A stretch of DNA of 63,930 bases, counting the filler, from Pirum gemmata (Eukaryota), in the NCBI GenBank assembly GCA_002812295.1. It is 16 parts of 16 records of this genome, joined end to end, with 100 filler letters (N's around TTAATTAATTAA, not from the genome) between each part and the next. Parts side by side here need not be neighbours in the genome. Positions count along the whole stretch, not along the records: positions 48,707 to 52,513 come from PDIN01001881.1; positions 52,614 to 56,385 come from PDIN01001882.1; positions 56,486 to 60,320 come from PDIN01001883.1; positions 60,421 to 63,930 come from PDIN01001986.1; 12 more parts are not named here. One strand, 5' to 3'. This document shows positions 50,732 to 63,930 of the stretch, piece after piece; position 1 is the first letter of the stretch; each line of letters begins with the position of its first letter. The notes beneath the pieces are model-generated. The model was not told the origin of the DNA and ran no database searches. It was given only the letters and a program-made list of their open reading frames with translations. Both the position numbers and the translations under genes were made by a program.

Positions 50732-51309
50732 GTAATATTAATAGTAATAATAATGGATTAAATGTCTGTCGTAAACAGCTACCGAATTCCCCAAAGCTTA
50801 CCGCTTCTTTCTCTAATCCTTCCCCAAAACTTACCGCTTCATTCTCTAATCCTTCTACCCCTTCTCTCTCGCATGTCCAAGAAAATCAATTCGATAATAA
50901 AACTGTTGCAATTTCTAATTGCAGTATTGAAAGCGGTAATAATGCTAATTTTAAAACTAATAGTTCTAATATCAATAACGATATTAATATAAATAATAAT
51001 AATGTCAGTATGAATGAGAATAGTAGCAAAAACAGTAATAATAATAACAATAATAATAATAACCAGAACCGGACCAACAATACCAATAATAGTAATAATA
51101 ATAATAATGGTAGTGGTAACAGTGGTAGAAGTAGAAATTTAACTAATAATTATAATAATAATAATAACAGTAATAATGGAAAGAATAACAACAAGCTTTC
51201 CAAGAACGCTAATATTCGTGGCTCTTTTAAAACGGATCATGGTATGGGTGCAAATAGCATTGTAAACGAGATGACTGATGTGGATATTAGAAATAAGAAT
51301 AACAAAAGA

Positions 51310-51370
<61 letters not shown>

Positions 51371-51912
51371 GTAATAGTATGTATAGTAATAGTAATAGTA
51401 ATATTAATAGTAATGATAAAAATAATATCAATACATAGTAATAGTAATAGTACTACTTTTCTATCAGGAACTTTTGTTCTGGCTCTGCTAGGTCACCGTC
51501 AACGTCACCGCCTTCGTCTATGTGCGAGTTACCTAATGGGTACGTAAGTAATAAGAGAAACAGTTATAGTAATGGTGCTAGTAATAACAACGCAATTATT
51601 GGGAATAGTAATAATAGCAGTAACAATAATACCAATACTAATAATAGCAAGACTAATAGTAATAATCGTTCAAAAAATAATATCAAGATAAGTAATAATG
51701 GTGAAATTAATAACAAAAATAGTAACAGTAATAATAATAATAATAAGACTTACACTCGTAATATTTCTAAGAGCAGTAATAATAACAACAATCCTCGGTA
51801 TAATAGTGGACTGGTTGATAATAGTAATAATTCGTCTAAAAAATATAATAATTACCCAACTGCTGTTAATAATTACACTAAAAATAATACAAGCAACTCG
51901 AAAATGAGAAAC

Positions 51913-51949
<37 letters not shown>

Positions 51950-52458
51950 GTAATGGTAGTAGTAATTTAAACAATACTAACAAAGTTAACAAGTATAACA
52001 ATACTGGTAGTGGTGGTGTTGGTGGTTCTAAACACCATAGAAGTAGTGGTACCCCAGGTCACAGCACTGCCAATGCTTCTGCGAAAATTGTCCGAAGCAA
52101 TTTACAGTCTGTTGGTAATTGTAGTAATAGGAACAACAACGTATATGCTACCAGTAAATATAAAACTAAAAACGTAACTAATAATAATAACAACAATAAT
52201 AACAGTAATTATAATGCAAATAATGGTGATAATGGTACTGCTACTAACTATAATAATAATCGTAATAATAATGATGGTGGTCTAAATGGTAGCAATAGTA
52301 GTAATAGTAATAGTAGTAGTAATAGTAGTTGTAATGCTCATGATGATGATAAATTCACTCTCTATTGTGCTATTGGGGAGAAAAAATACCAAAGCTTGTA
52401 TGATAATGAAAGGATCAATATGAATATTGATATTGGAACTGTATATTCATTATTTTAA
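50602..52458 (+). CDS. Asn/Ser-rich hypothetical protein; two same-frame ORFs probably joined by an intron (~51381-51467)
   Basis: Both ORFs are in the same frame; AT|gtatag...tatcag|G removes the stops in phase. Start and end uncertain; no domain recognised. Confidence 0.45.
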
Positions 52459-53853
52459 ATAATATTACATTGTATGATTTTGATTTTGATTATGATTATG
52501 ATTATGATTATGANNNNNNNNNNNNNNNNNNNNNNNNNNNNNNNNNNNNNNNNNNNNTTAATTAATTAANNNNNNNNNNNNNNNNNNNNNNNNNNNNNNN
52601 NNNNNNNNNNNNNGTTGTTTGTTGTTTGTTGTTTGTTGTTTGTTTGTTGCCTGTTGTTTGTTGTTTTTAGTTGTTGTTTTCGTTGGGTTTTCGTCTTGTT
52701 GTTTTCCTTTGTTGTTGAGGTTGTTGTGGTTGTTGTGTACCAGTAGATCGTGTTCAAAAATAGAAAAAACATGCCAAATTATTATTATGGCTAAACTATC
52801 AGACATATTTTAATTAATTTGGTATATTTTATTAAATATTTTATTTTATAAACAAGTTCAATTATACATTTAAACAGTACCAAATTAAAGATTGAGAGTA
52901 CAAATAGACAAATAGACTGACAAATAGACGATAACTAGCTAGCTAGCTAGCTAGTAGTAGTTAGCTATCATGATAGCTAGACTAGGTCTACTCGATAGAC
53001 CTAGCTCGATCTAGCTGGCTCGGTAGACTGACCCGATGTGGATTATCGATAGCCCTCCCTACAGAGCTAGCTAGCTAGCTAGCTACTAGCTATCGATAGT
53101 ATTGTAGTGTATTGTCAGATATAGTAGACTGACTATGATATTGTTATAAAAACCAAGTAAAAACTCAAACTGTTCGGCGTAGGCTCGTTTATCACAAAGA
53201 CCTGGGTTTAGTCTCGTGGGTTTATTGATAGTGACTCTAGCTAGATATAATGTGATTACAGGAACAGTTTCTTGAACTGTGACCTCAGTGTTATTATTTA
53301 TATTTTAAAATTTTGTTATAATATAACTTCCTACTGTTTGCCAAAAAAAATTGACCTGCTCACTCCACCAGTTGTAGGTTTAGGTTATTATAACTATAAA
53401 AAATGTAGACTAACAAGCTTATAAAATTATATGATAATAAATATAAAAATATAGATTAGTTTGAAGAGGATTAAATTTTTATTTATTTTTAAGAGCAGAG
53501 CTCCTTTTATACCCATCAGCTCCGGGTCAGACAGCTGTGGGATTGTTTTTATAAAAATTATTTATAAAAATATAAATTTTCCAAAATTATTGTTATTTTG
53601 TTATAATGTAGGATGAACCTACTACTGATGTGAATAGGTAATCCTCACGTGCTATGCATTGTTTTCCCGTTAGGAAGATTAGACGCTGCAACCCCAACCC
53701 TAACCCTAACCCAAGGTCGGTCATCAAACTATACGAATACTTTGTGATATTTTACAAAATTGCCAGCACGGTAGTAATTGGAGTGTAATTGGGCTGTATT
53801 AAGAGGATCGGTGTTTTTTTTAGGTATGGCTTGTTGGAGTTCTCATCGTGTAA

Positions 53854-53887
<34 letters not shown>

Positions 53888-54029
53888 TAATAATAATAAT
53901 AATAATAGTAAATAATAATAATAAATATTAATAATAATAATAAATAATAATAATAAATAATAATAATAAATAATTGGCCACTGTTACAATTTTTTTCTCT
54001 AATGAATAAAAGTAATAAATCAAAGTAGC

Positions 54030-55060
54030 AAAAATGAACGTCTTTGGCCAATACCGGTATTGCAGCGTCTATTCTTCCTAACGGGAAAACAATGCATAGC
54101 ACGTTCAGATTGCCTATTCACCTAGATGATGTTATTAATTGTAAAGTTCCTTTGAATAGTATGACAGCGGATACATTAAGAGAAACTGATATTCTGTTTT
54201 CCATGAAATCATTAAAATTTTGGATATTGTCTACACCGTCAACGTTTCTATTATCATTGTTGTTACCACCATTTCTGAAATCATTGTAGGTATAGTTATT
54301 ATTAGCTTTGTTATTGTATACACTATATATATTCAATGTCGTAATCACACCCGCACATCTTTAGTGAAAACTTCTCATGTTCATTAACACTTGGTCAATT
54401 TTATAGTGTACAATAATATATCACGCTAATTCTACATCGTTTGTAAGCACATCCTCACTCAAATTCTCAAAGAAAGTCTCAATCAACCTGTCTACATCTG
54501 TAATATCATACCAGCCGCTAAAATCTCCGCCAACGTTTTTCTAATTTTGTATGCATTGCCCATTGCCACTATTTCCTCCATAATATGCTACGCCTCATTA
54601 TTGTCAACCAATAACCCCATTTCCAATGCAGCCTCGCGAAACGTTTTGTACACAATATTATTAACCGTTCTGACATCCTCATAACTCTCACATCCCGTCA
54701 CACATTGTAATAACAATCACAAATATGTTAACTCCTTATCCCTATAATTAACAAACATTAATTAATTGACCATAATTATGTACTTCCTTTATATTGTTTT
54801 CTTTTAAACCCTGCTAAGCCTGCTTTCGCATAGTTTTCATATTATAATACGAAAAATGTATAGAAAAATCTTCATATAATAATTCTTTATGATTCACATC
54901 ATTCACTGAAACCCACAAAAAGCACCCACAGCATGGTTCATCTTATTGAATTCAAACCAATCCAGCAACGTAGACCTTCTCACTATGTAACCGTTTCTAA
55001 CGCACTAGTCATCTATGATAAAAAAATAACTGAAGCCTAAAAAGATTGCAAATGTATCGA
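54030..55060. mobile_element. Helitron Rep/Hel remnant, rearranged
   Basis: Plus strand 54044-54200: ANTGIAASILPNGKTMHSTFRLP (PIF1 helicase motif). Minus strand ~54200-55060: LLLQCVTGCESYEDVRTVNNIVYKTFREAALEMGLL and STLLDWFEFN, typical of the Helitron Rep-helicase linker. Many stops. Confidence 0.85.
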
Positions 55061-55168
55061 TAGCAGTCAGATCATATAGACCCTCTAGCTAGTATGATCA
55101 CTGAGTATGATAGTATCTGATAGCTAGCTATCAATAATAGCTCTACTAGTAGCTATGATGGATAGGGC

Positions 55169-55348
55169 TGCGAAGTGGCGCAGTGGTTATTTGGTTAACA
55201 ACCTGGATCCGGAGGTATTGGGTTCGAATCCCCCCGACCAAGACGAAGACCGTCTATAAATACAACATAAAAGTCCAAATATCGTTGTCCCAATAACAAC
55301 CAGTCGGGGTTTTCCAATAATTTCCCCACCTGTGAATCAAAAAAAAAA
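55169..55348 (+). mobile_element. tRNA-derived SINE candidate
   Basis: A-box TGGCGCAGTGG (55176-55186) and B-box GGTTCGAATCC (55221-55231) at tRNA spacing, no acceptor stem, oligo-A end. A decayed second copy lies at ~17533-17610. Confidence 0.6.
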
Positions 55349-56001
55349 TGATGGATAGATAGAGTATCGGATAGTAGACTAGTAGTATCAGATAGTACTG
55401 TATGATAATATGATAGTAGTTTTATCATATTATCATATTCATATAGAGGTGAGGGGTCTAGCTAGCTAGCTAGAGCTAGCTAGCTTAGAGCTAGCTAGCT
55501 TAGAGCAGCCCCTACTTGAAGTGATTCAGTGAGGGCCACACACACAGTAGAGACAACCCCTTTTATTTTTATATAACTGATACTACTAGTAGCTAGCTAC
55601 TACTAGCTAGCTAGTAGTCTACCTAGCTAGTCTACTACTATGACCCTAGTACTTTTCAGTTTTAAATAGTACCAAATTAATACAATATAAATCTATTTAA
55701 TTTAATTTGCTATATTTTATTATCTATTTATTCATTTAAAAATATCAATTTAAATTTAATAACCTACCAAAAAAATATGCAGGGGTGACAAAATAAATGA
55801 AAAGTCCTCAAAACAAAATTTTACTCTACGGAGGCTTGGTTGTGATCGATTGAGCTCGAAAAGGGAAAATCCCTATCGAGCTGAATAAATTATAACATGT
55901 TTTTTTCCAGCTTTTTTTCCCTACTAGACTACTCCTACTGGTAGACTACTCTACTCTAGCTAGCTATCGATAGCTAGCTAGCTAGCTAGTAGTGGAAAAA
56001 A

Positions 56002-56179
56002 GGGAGCATTCAAATACTATGATATGATAATATATCATAGTGATAATATCATATCATAGCTAGCTAGCTTCAAATGCCTGGGATTATGCCTCTCCCCTAC
56101 CTACCTACCCCTCGACGTTAATTTCCGGTCAAATAGCACCTACCTACCCCTTGACGTGACGTATTATTTGAACGCTCCC
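56002..56179. mobile_element. MITE family A copy (TSD AAA) with interior replaced by TGATA/TCATA/GCTA units
   Basis: GGGAGCATTCAAA...TTTGAACGCTCCC flanked by AAA/AAA. Confidence 0.8.
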
Positions 56180-57719
56180 AAACTGTAGCTAGCTAGTAGC
56201 TAGCTCTAGCTAGCTAGAAGTTAGAACCAGTAGAGGAATTTTGGTCCCAAAATTAAATAATAGACTACCAATGGCCATATTATAGAATAATAATGATTAT
56301 TGATTTTTGTTTTGTTTTGTTTGTTATTATTATTGTGGTTGTTATAGTATTGTGTTATAATAATAATAATAATAATAATAATAATNNNNNNNNNNNNNNN
56401 NNNNNNNNNNNNNNNNNNNNNNNNNNNNNTTAATTAATTAANNNNNNNNNNNNNNNNNNNNNNNNNNNNNNNNNNNNNNNNNNNNATTCAAATAATACAT
56501 CACGTCAAGGGGTAGGTAGGTAGGTGGTATTTGACCGGAAATTAACGTCGAGGGGTAGGTAGGTAGGGGTATTTGAAGCTGTATTGGACCGGATACGTAG
56601 TATTTGAACGCTCGTTAACCAGGCACTGGTACTGACTCACTCTCCTGTATCTACTACTAGCTAGCTAGTAGCTACTAGCTAGCTAGAGTCTACCTAGCTA
56701 GTAGCTACTACTAGTAGGGTCCTAGCTAGCTACTACTATCACAGCTCTCTACTCTACTAGCTAGCTATGATAGCTAGTAGTAGCTATTCTGGCACTTCTC
56801 TAGCTATCAGATAGGCTATCAAATTGACATAAACTACCAAAAATCTACTTAAATATGGTAATCCTTAAACCCTTTTAAAAGCACTTTATAAAGCTCTATT
56901 TTTGCGCATTATTGCGCCGTAACACATTACAAGTGGAATGTAGAAAACTGGTGTATATAAATATGACTATTAGTACTCTATTAGCAGTTCTATTAGTCTA
57001 GTCTATACAGAAATAAGCGGAATTTAGCGAAATTCCTGCTAAAGTGCCATATTTGGAATATATCATCTAAATAAAGTAGCAAGTGCAAGTGTAGAGGAAT
57101 AACAGTACTGGAATACTGGATGGAATAAGGAATATTATACCCTAATTCTAATTGTATGAATGATACCTGGTTATCCATATACAATACCCTGCTAGCTATC
57201 GGATAGCTCTAGCTAGCTAGTAGTAGAGAGTAGTTAGATAGCTCTCGATAGCTCTCGATAGCTATGACATATTGATAGTCTAGTCTACTACTAGAGAGTA
57301 GTAGCCTCTAGATTAGCTAGTAGTAGCTAGAGTAGGCCTAGCTAGCTACTAGCTAGCTTAGCTACTACTAGAGAGAGCTCCAAGCTATCGATAGCTAGCT
57401 AGGTATGATACCAGGCTAGCTAAAGCTTTTTTTTAGTAGGTACCAGGCTTAGCTAAAGCTTTTTTTTCTATGAAAATTTTTACAGTGCTACCGGTAGTGC
57501 TGCTACCCCGAACCACCCCTTAAACCCTCTAGCTAGCTAGCTCTAGCTAGCTGGTTTAGGGGTAAAATTTGCTAGCTGTCTAGCTAGCTAGTAGAGTCCA
57601 GCTCTAGTAGTCCAGCTAGCTACTAGCTACCTGTATCAAAGCGCCCAGCCCGGTCCAGCCCCCCTCCAGCCCCCTACAGTTCTACAGTCTAGCCCCCTTC
57701 GACCAGCCAGCCTCCTACA

Positions 57720-57826
57720 GTCCAGCCCCCTAATTTTAACTAAATCCAAACCCCTAACTAAATCCAGCCCCCTAACTAAATCCAGCCCCCTAACTAAATC
57801 CAGCCCCCTAACTAAACCCAGCCCCC
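57720..57826. repeat. 18-bp tandem repeat CCAGCCCCCTAACTAAAT
   Basis: About 5 copies by direct reading. Confidence 0.8.
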
Positions 57827-58049
57827 AGTAGTAGCTGACTACAGCTTAGTAGTATGATAGTTGCTACTAGTAGAGAGTAGCCAGTAGGTGACGTAGGTCC
57901 AGCCCCCTACTAATCCACTCTACTAGACTCCTACTAGCTAGGCTAGTTATAAATATCGATAATCAATATATTATTATGATATGGATAGGTCTATCAATTT
58001 AATTTGAACTAGCTAGTGCTGTAGCTTCTGGTGTCTTCCAACCCAACTA

Positions 58050-58127
58050 ACCCTAACCCTAACCCTAACCCTAACCCTAACCCTAACCCTAACCCTAACC
58101 CTAACCCTAACCCTAACCCTAACCCTA
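58050..58127 (-). repeat. Interstitial (CCCTAA)n array
   Basis: About 13 perfect units, mid-segment. Confidence 0.9.
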
Positions 58128-59063
58128 GCTAGCTAGACCCTAGTAGTAGCTATCAGATAGCTAGTAGACTCTCTACTACTAGTAGGTTATCATACTATGA
58201 TAGTATATTATTATAATATAGGTAGCTGGAGTAGTCTCGACTCTAGCTCTAAACTATCATGTCACAATCAGTATCATACATCATACCAAGGAGTTCAAAT
58301 TGGCTGTTCAACCCCCCTTTCTTGAACTACACATAGCTATATGTAACCTCCTCCTTTTTCATAAGGAAAACAGTGAATGATATACGCATCTGATATACTA
58401 CACTGTAGACTTCTTTTCTAAACCCTTTAATGCTAACTAGCCAAATTATTTTTAAAAACTTGCCATCGGTTAATAATAGAGTTTTCTTAGTTGAACCATT
58501 TCTCAAAATTTGGTAGTACTTTCATTAAAACTGGATCATTTTGAGATTTTTTGGATTTTGAGCTTGTATGGTGGGTATTTTTATAACTATTTTTATCCGG
58601 CTCGGTTGAAAAAAAAAAAAATTCTCAAAAAAAAAAAAAAATTCTCAAAAAAAAAAAGGTACGATATGATGAGTATATACTAAATATCGTGCTTTTCATT
58701 TATTTTGTCACTCTGAATATTTATTTGGAGGGTTATCATCTTTAAATTATGATCACAAAACAACTGAAAAGCACTATAGTCTATATAGTTATATAATAGT
58801 TAAATTAAAGTTGTAATTTGTTGATTTGTTTCACAATACTTTGGTATCGGTTTTAATGATTTGATTGACAATCGGTTTTAACTTGTTGTATTTTTCATAA
58901 TATTATATATACCATAATTTGTAGTTTATTATTAACAATTTTATTGTTCTTTTGTTGTAGAAATATTGGTTTTTAACTTTTTGGTCCTAGTATATTATAC
59001 CGGTAGTCTACCGGTAGCGTTAATTAATACCTATATATAGCTACAATATCTATAGCTACTATC

Positions 59064-59258
59064 TATCGTGCTTTTCATTTAGTTAGTCACTCTTAATATT
59101 TATTTGGAGGGTTATAATCTTTAAATTGGCATTTTTAAATCAATAAATAGATAATAAAATATACCAAATTAAATCAAATGGATTTATATTGTAGTAATTT
59201 GGTACTATATATATTTATTATATATTTTATAATGACAAAACAACTGAAAAGCGCTATA
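59064..59258. mobile_element. MITE family C (TIR TATCGTGCTTTTCA); other copies ~6410-6482, 7970-8140, 15680-15791, 18896-19055, 19150-19302, 33282-33460, 38760-38842, 55650-55805, 58665-58778
   Basis: Shared TTTTCATTTATTTTGTCACTCTGAATATTTATTTGG...GACAAAA(C/T)AACTGAAAAGCAC core with inverted termini ending in TA. Confidence 0.8.
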
Positions 59259-61774
59259 TCATAACTATGATACTATGATAGCTATCGTCTCTAGCCTCAC
59301 GTCTCTAGCTAGCTATTTCATTTCAGTTATCCTCTCAATCTTTAATTTGGTATTGTTTAAGTTTATAATTGAACTTGTTTATAAAATAAAATATTATGTA
59401 TAAAATACCAAATTAATTAAAACATGCCCGATAGTTTAACCATAATAATAATTTGGTTCGTTTATTNNNNNNNNNNNNNNNNNNNNNNNNNNNNNNNNNN
59501 NNNNNNNNNNNNNNNNNNNNNNNNNNNNNNNNNNNNNNNNNNNNNNNNNNNNNNNNNNNNNNNNNNNNNNNNNNNNNNNNNNNNNNNNNNNNNNNNNNNN
59601 NNNNNNNNNNNNNNNNNNNNNNNNNNNNNNNNNNNNNNNNNNNNNNNNNNNNNNNNNNNCGCCTGTTTCGCCTTACCATATTTAGTATTTGTAATTATTT
59701 ATTTAGTAACTACCTATTTAAGTAGTTACTTTAAAAAGAGTTTATTATACTATTTATAGTAACTTTAGGTAAATTTCTGGAAGTTCGCCAGTCCGAGCAT
59801 CCAATTGGTAAGATGACGTCATCTCATCCCTCCTTCTAGCTTGCTACTAGTAGCTATCATAGTAGACTAGTAGTAGAGGTATGAACCTCTGGTAGGAATT
59901 TACCGAGTACGTGTACTATTAATATCCGCATATAATATATTATATTATTTACACAAAAAAGATATCGGATATATTGTATATTATACCATAGAGTCAGCAT
60001 AGATTACATTTTTAATATTATTATTATCAATAACAATAAAAAGAATTCAACACAATATAATGTCATGACAAAAATAAAATATATCATAAACCAAGAACTA
60101 ACTACGAGTCACAATTTGGTTACCGTAAGATTATCGTTTAATAGTTTTGAACTCTTTCAACCCCCCCCCCCCTACCTCTGTCATCTCTTTACGGGTATTT
60201 GAGCAAATCAGATAGCTATTGGTTATATCTCTATATGTTTATAAATTATTATTAATATTATATATATAATATATTGTAACTAATATTATTATTATTGATT
60301 ATTATTAATCTTATTATTTGNNNNNNNNNNNNNNNNNNNNNNNNNNNNNNNNNNNNNNNNNNNNTTAATTAATTAANNNNNNNNNNNNNNNNNNNNNNNN
60401 NNNNNNNNNNNNNNNNNNNNATATTATTGTTAATATTTATTAATATCTACATATGAGTTTAATGAAAAAATGGATTATATATTAATAAAGTTGAGTGTAA
60501 TAGTAATTAGCCCCATATAATATGTTCAATTCTGTTGCCTGTCTAATCGTTGAAAATGTGACTTTGGTGGGACATTAAATTTTGTTATTTCTGTTAGTTG
60601 TTAATTGCTAATCATTGTTGTTTGTTGTTTGTTGTTTACTGTTTGTTGTTTACTGTTTATTGCTTATTGTTTATTGTATATTAATATTATTTATTGTACG
60701 ACTTTGTATAATACGTATGTTTATTGTTTATTGTTTATTGTTTATTGTTTATTGTTTATTGTTTATTGTTTGGTATTTATTGTTTGTTTATTGTTTATTG
60801 TTTATTGTTAAATATTGTTTAGTGTTTATTGTTTATTGTTTATTGTTTATTGTTGATTGTTGATTGTTGATTGTTGATTGTTGATTGTTGATTGTTTATT
60901 GTTTATTGTTTATTGTTTATTGTTTATTGTTTATTGTTTATTGTTTATTGTTTATTGTTTATTGTTTATTGTTTATTGTTTATTCTTGCTCTGCTGTGTA
61001 TCTATTCATTGTTCTCTGTTCTCTGTTTGCTGTTTATTTCAGTTAATTGTTTATTGATTATTAGTTAAATTTTGTTAATTAATATATTGTAATAATGAAT
61101 AATGAGGATATTATGATATTATACATCATTTTTATTTATATTTCTATAAGCTTTTATTTAGAGTCGTAGATTGTAAAATAGTTTGCTAATTCTAATGGTT
61201 GAGCTAATAACTAAGAAGCAGATGAATTAGTTGAGCACTTTTGATAACATCTATATTGTCATTGCTCATTTAGGTTCTACATAAGTGTTCTAGATTAACC
61301 CCCTAACTCACATAGAAATAACCTCACAGTCTCAGACCACTCGAGTGGCATTCTTGGACTATTCTCAGACCACATTCGTCACCACAATCGTGCCTCAGGC
61401 CCTCAGACTCTCAGCTGGTCCAAACTTTGAACTTTCCCAAACGACCCCTCATAAGCCCTCATAGCCTATATTTTAGCGGTAGCAAATTCGTAACCAAAAG
61501 TTTTTAACCAAAAATAGAAAAGGAATGTCAGGAATGCTTTAGCAAAATATACGTAGAAGATTTTTCATTCGCTATTAAGCAAAAAAATTATGAAAATGTT
61601 TTCTCTTCATTGGTTTTTAAGCTTTGGTTTATCGGTTTTTTTTTTTAAAAAAAAAAAATTCAGACTAGTAGTCAGTGTACTAGTCACTGCCAGTCAGGCA
61701 GGACTAATAGAGTACTAATAGAACTACTAATACCGGTAGTACTAAGCTCTTAGTACTACTTTTCACTAAGCTAA

Positions 61775-61918
61775 GGGAGTGTTCAAATACTACGTAACGC
61801 CAATTTCCGGTCAAATACAGCTTCAAATACCCCTACCTACCTACCCCTCGACGTTAATTTCCGGAAAAATACTACCTACCTACCTACCCCTTGACGTGAT
61901 GTATTATTTGAACGCTCC
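61775..61918. mobile_element. MITE family A copy (TSD TAA), best preserved
   Basis: TAA|GGGAGTGTTCAAATAC...TATTTGAACGCTCC|TAA. Confidence 0.85.
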
Positions 61919-63930
61919 TAACCTCTAAGCTAGTAGCTATGATAGTACTTTTCCCAGGTATGATATATTTTCCAAACTATTTTCCACTACTTTTCCCCTT
62001 TCCCTCTTAGCCCCGTGCTTCTCCTTCCTTATGTAGCAGCTAGCTAGACATTATGGTCTATGCATAGACCCCCACCCCCACCCCCCTCCCAGGCCGCGGC
62101 CCAACTCCATTTTAAAAATTAAAAACTATTTTTAATTTTAAAAAAACAAATGTAACGTTATAGGACAGTTATAGGACTTTTCCTACTCTTTTCCAGTTTT
62201 TCCAGTTTTTTTTGTTTTGTTTTTGTTTTTGGTTTTGTTTTTTTTGTTTTTCTCTTATATGTCAGACCTCGCCATATTATCAATGAAGTTGTAATACTAT
62301 GATGTGATTGCTTCTAATTATTTTTAATTTTGAATCGGGACACTAGCTAGACATTGATACCAAGACACTACCAGGAATAAGTTTGGACGTAGATGATAGA
62401 CTAGTCTAATATCATTCTCATAGTCATACTTATACCACCAACAATGTTACCACTATGATATTATATTAACATAACAGTACTGTAGTTCTCCATTCTCTCT
62501 GTCTCGGTTCCTTTACTCCCGAGTCCCAACCCTACCAACCACTTTCTAGATCCCAGTTAAGCTGGCATCTTTCCTCTCCCTTCCAATGTATATATTTTAA
62601 TTAACAAGTTCCCCATTTCCTTTTTCTTTTTTCTCCCTTCCTGTGCTTCCTCAAGTTTTCTCCCTTCTACTCCTCTCTTTTCTCCTTCAGTGGTTAAAAG
62701 CTCCAATCAAGAAGTTTTGAACCCATTGGTCTTGTCTATATAACAATAAAAAGATAAAACCAAATTATTTACTGCATCCTTTACCCTTTACCCTTTACCC
62801 CTTCACCCATTACCCTTTATCCTTCACCCTTCACCCTTACACCCTTCACCCTTCACCCTTACCCTTCACCCTTCACCCCTTCACCCTTCACCCCTTCATC
62901 CTTCACCCCTTCATCCTTCACCCGTTCACCTTTACAATTCACCTCCTTTTTCCTTTTTCCTTTTTCCTTTTTCCTTTTTCCTTTTTCCTTTTTCCTTTTC
63001 TTTTTTCTTTTTTTCTTTTTTTCTTTTTCCTTTTTCCTTTTTCGTTTTTTCGTTTTTTCCTTTTTATTTTTTTCCTTTTTCCTTTTTTCCTTTTTCCTTT
63101 TTTCCTTTTTCCTTTTTTCCTTTTTCCTTTTTCCTTTTTTCCTTTTTCCTTTTTTCCTTTTTCCTTTTTTCCTTTTTCCCTTTTCCCTTTTCTAAGTTAG
63201 AAAAAAATCAAATATTATTTTTAGTATATTTTTAATAATAATAATAATAATAATAAACAACAAACAACAAACAACAAACAACAAACAGCAAACAACAAAC
63301 AACAAACAACAAACAACAAACAACAACAAACAACAAACAACAAACAACAAACAAACAAACANNNNNNNNNNNNNNNNNNNNNNNNNNNNNNNNNNNNNNN
63401 NNNNNNNNNNNNNNNNNNNNNNNNNNNNNNNNNNNNNNNNNNNNAAAGAACAAAAGAACAAAAGAACAAAAGAACAAAAGAGCAAAAGAACAAAAGAACA
63501 AAAGAGCAAAAGAACAAAAGAACAAAAGAACAAAAGAACAAAAGAACAAACAACAACAAACAACAACAAATAACAAAAGAACTAAGCAGTCAAACACTCA
63601 AATACTCTAACAACTGCACTACTTACTACCTACATAGCTACACAACAAAATCCCCCTTTTGTACTTTCTGTCCGTAATGATATTAGTTTCTAATATCATG
63701 TATACTATGATATCAATATCATCGTCATAGAGTGTCATAGTACTGTAATAAAATACTAATAAAATCGTACATTATAATTATCTTATTCTAGGTTTCTAGC
63801 TATGGTTCTTGTACTGTTCTTATTATTAATGATATTTCTTTTTTCTTTTGAAAGCTTTCTCTTATTAGTTCTTACCCACCTTATTAGGAGAAAAAAACTA
63901 GTTTTTTTAGAGTTTTTTTTTTTTTTTTTT

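Noticed and set aside
51436..51450. TAG TAA TAG TAA TAG between two same-frame ORFs suggesting stop-codon reassignment
   Set aside because: Well-supported genes here end in TAA and have no internal TAR codons; an in-phase GT-AG intron removes these stops.
55169..55245. Functional tRNA gene
   Set aside because: No complementary acceptor stem or clear anticodon arm could be folded; treated as a SINE head.

Overview
Very AT-rich, intron-containing eukaryotic DNA. Syntenin-like, OCA2-like and F-BAR genes, a P3A H+-ATPase, poly-Asn tracts and TTAGGG repeats suggest a unicellular opisthokont, possibly an ichthyosporean-like holozoan (inference). The window is not a real locus: it is about 16 unrelated ~3.8-kb scaffolds joined by artificial N-TTAATTAATTAA-N spacers, so neighbourhood only means something within a segment. 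Genes read from the sequence: a secreted 6-Cys-repeat protein, a secreted beta-rich protein, a plasma-membrane H+-ATPase, a 27-repeat PPR protein, a spliced bacterial-type CoA-disulfide/persulfide reductase-rhodanese gene, an OCA2/P-protein fragment, a syntenin-like tandem-PDZ protein and a 5-exon F-BAR gene. Mobile DNA: a PIF/Harbinger transposase pseudogene, Helitron remnants, several MITE families and a tRNA-derived SINE candidate. Two genome-shaping signals stand out. (1) Recurrent TA-duplicating micro-insertions (TA-GAC-TA, TA-TGA-TA, TA-TAA-TA, TA-GA-TA, TA-GC-TA) separate repeat copies, explain pseudogene frameshifts and appear to pile up into the 'CTAG/TATCATA' intergenic soup; they look like massed Tc1/mariner excision footprints. 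(2) Telomere-type repeats fill introns up to the 3' splice site and sit at duplication and inversion breakpoints.
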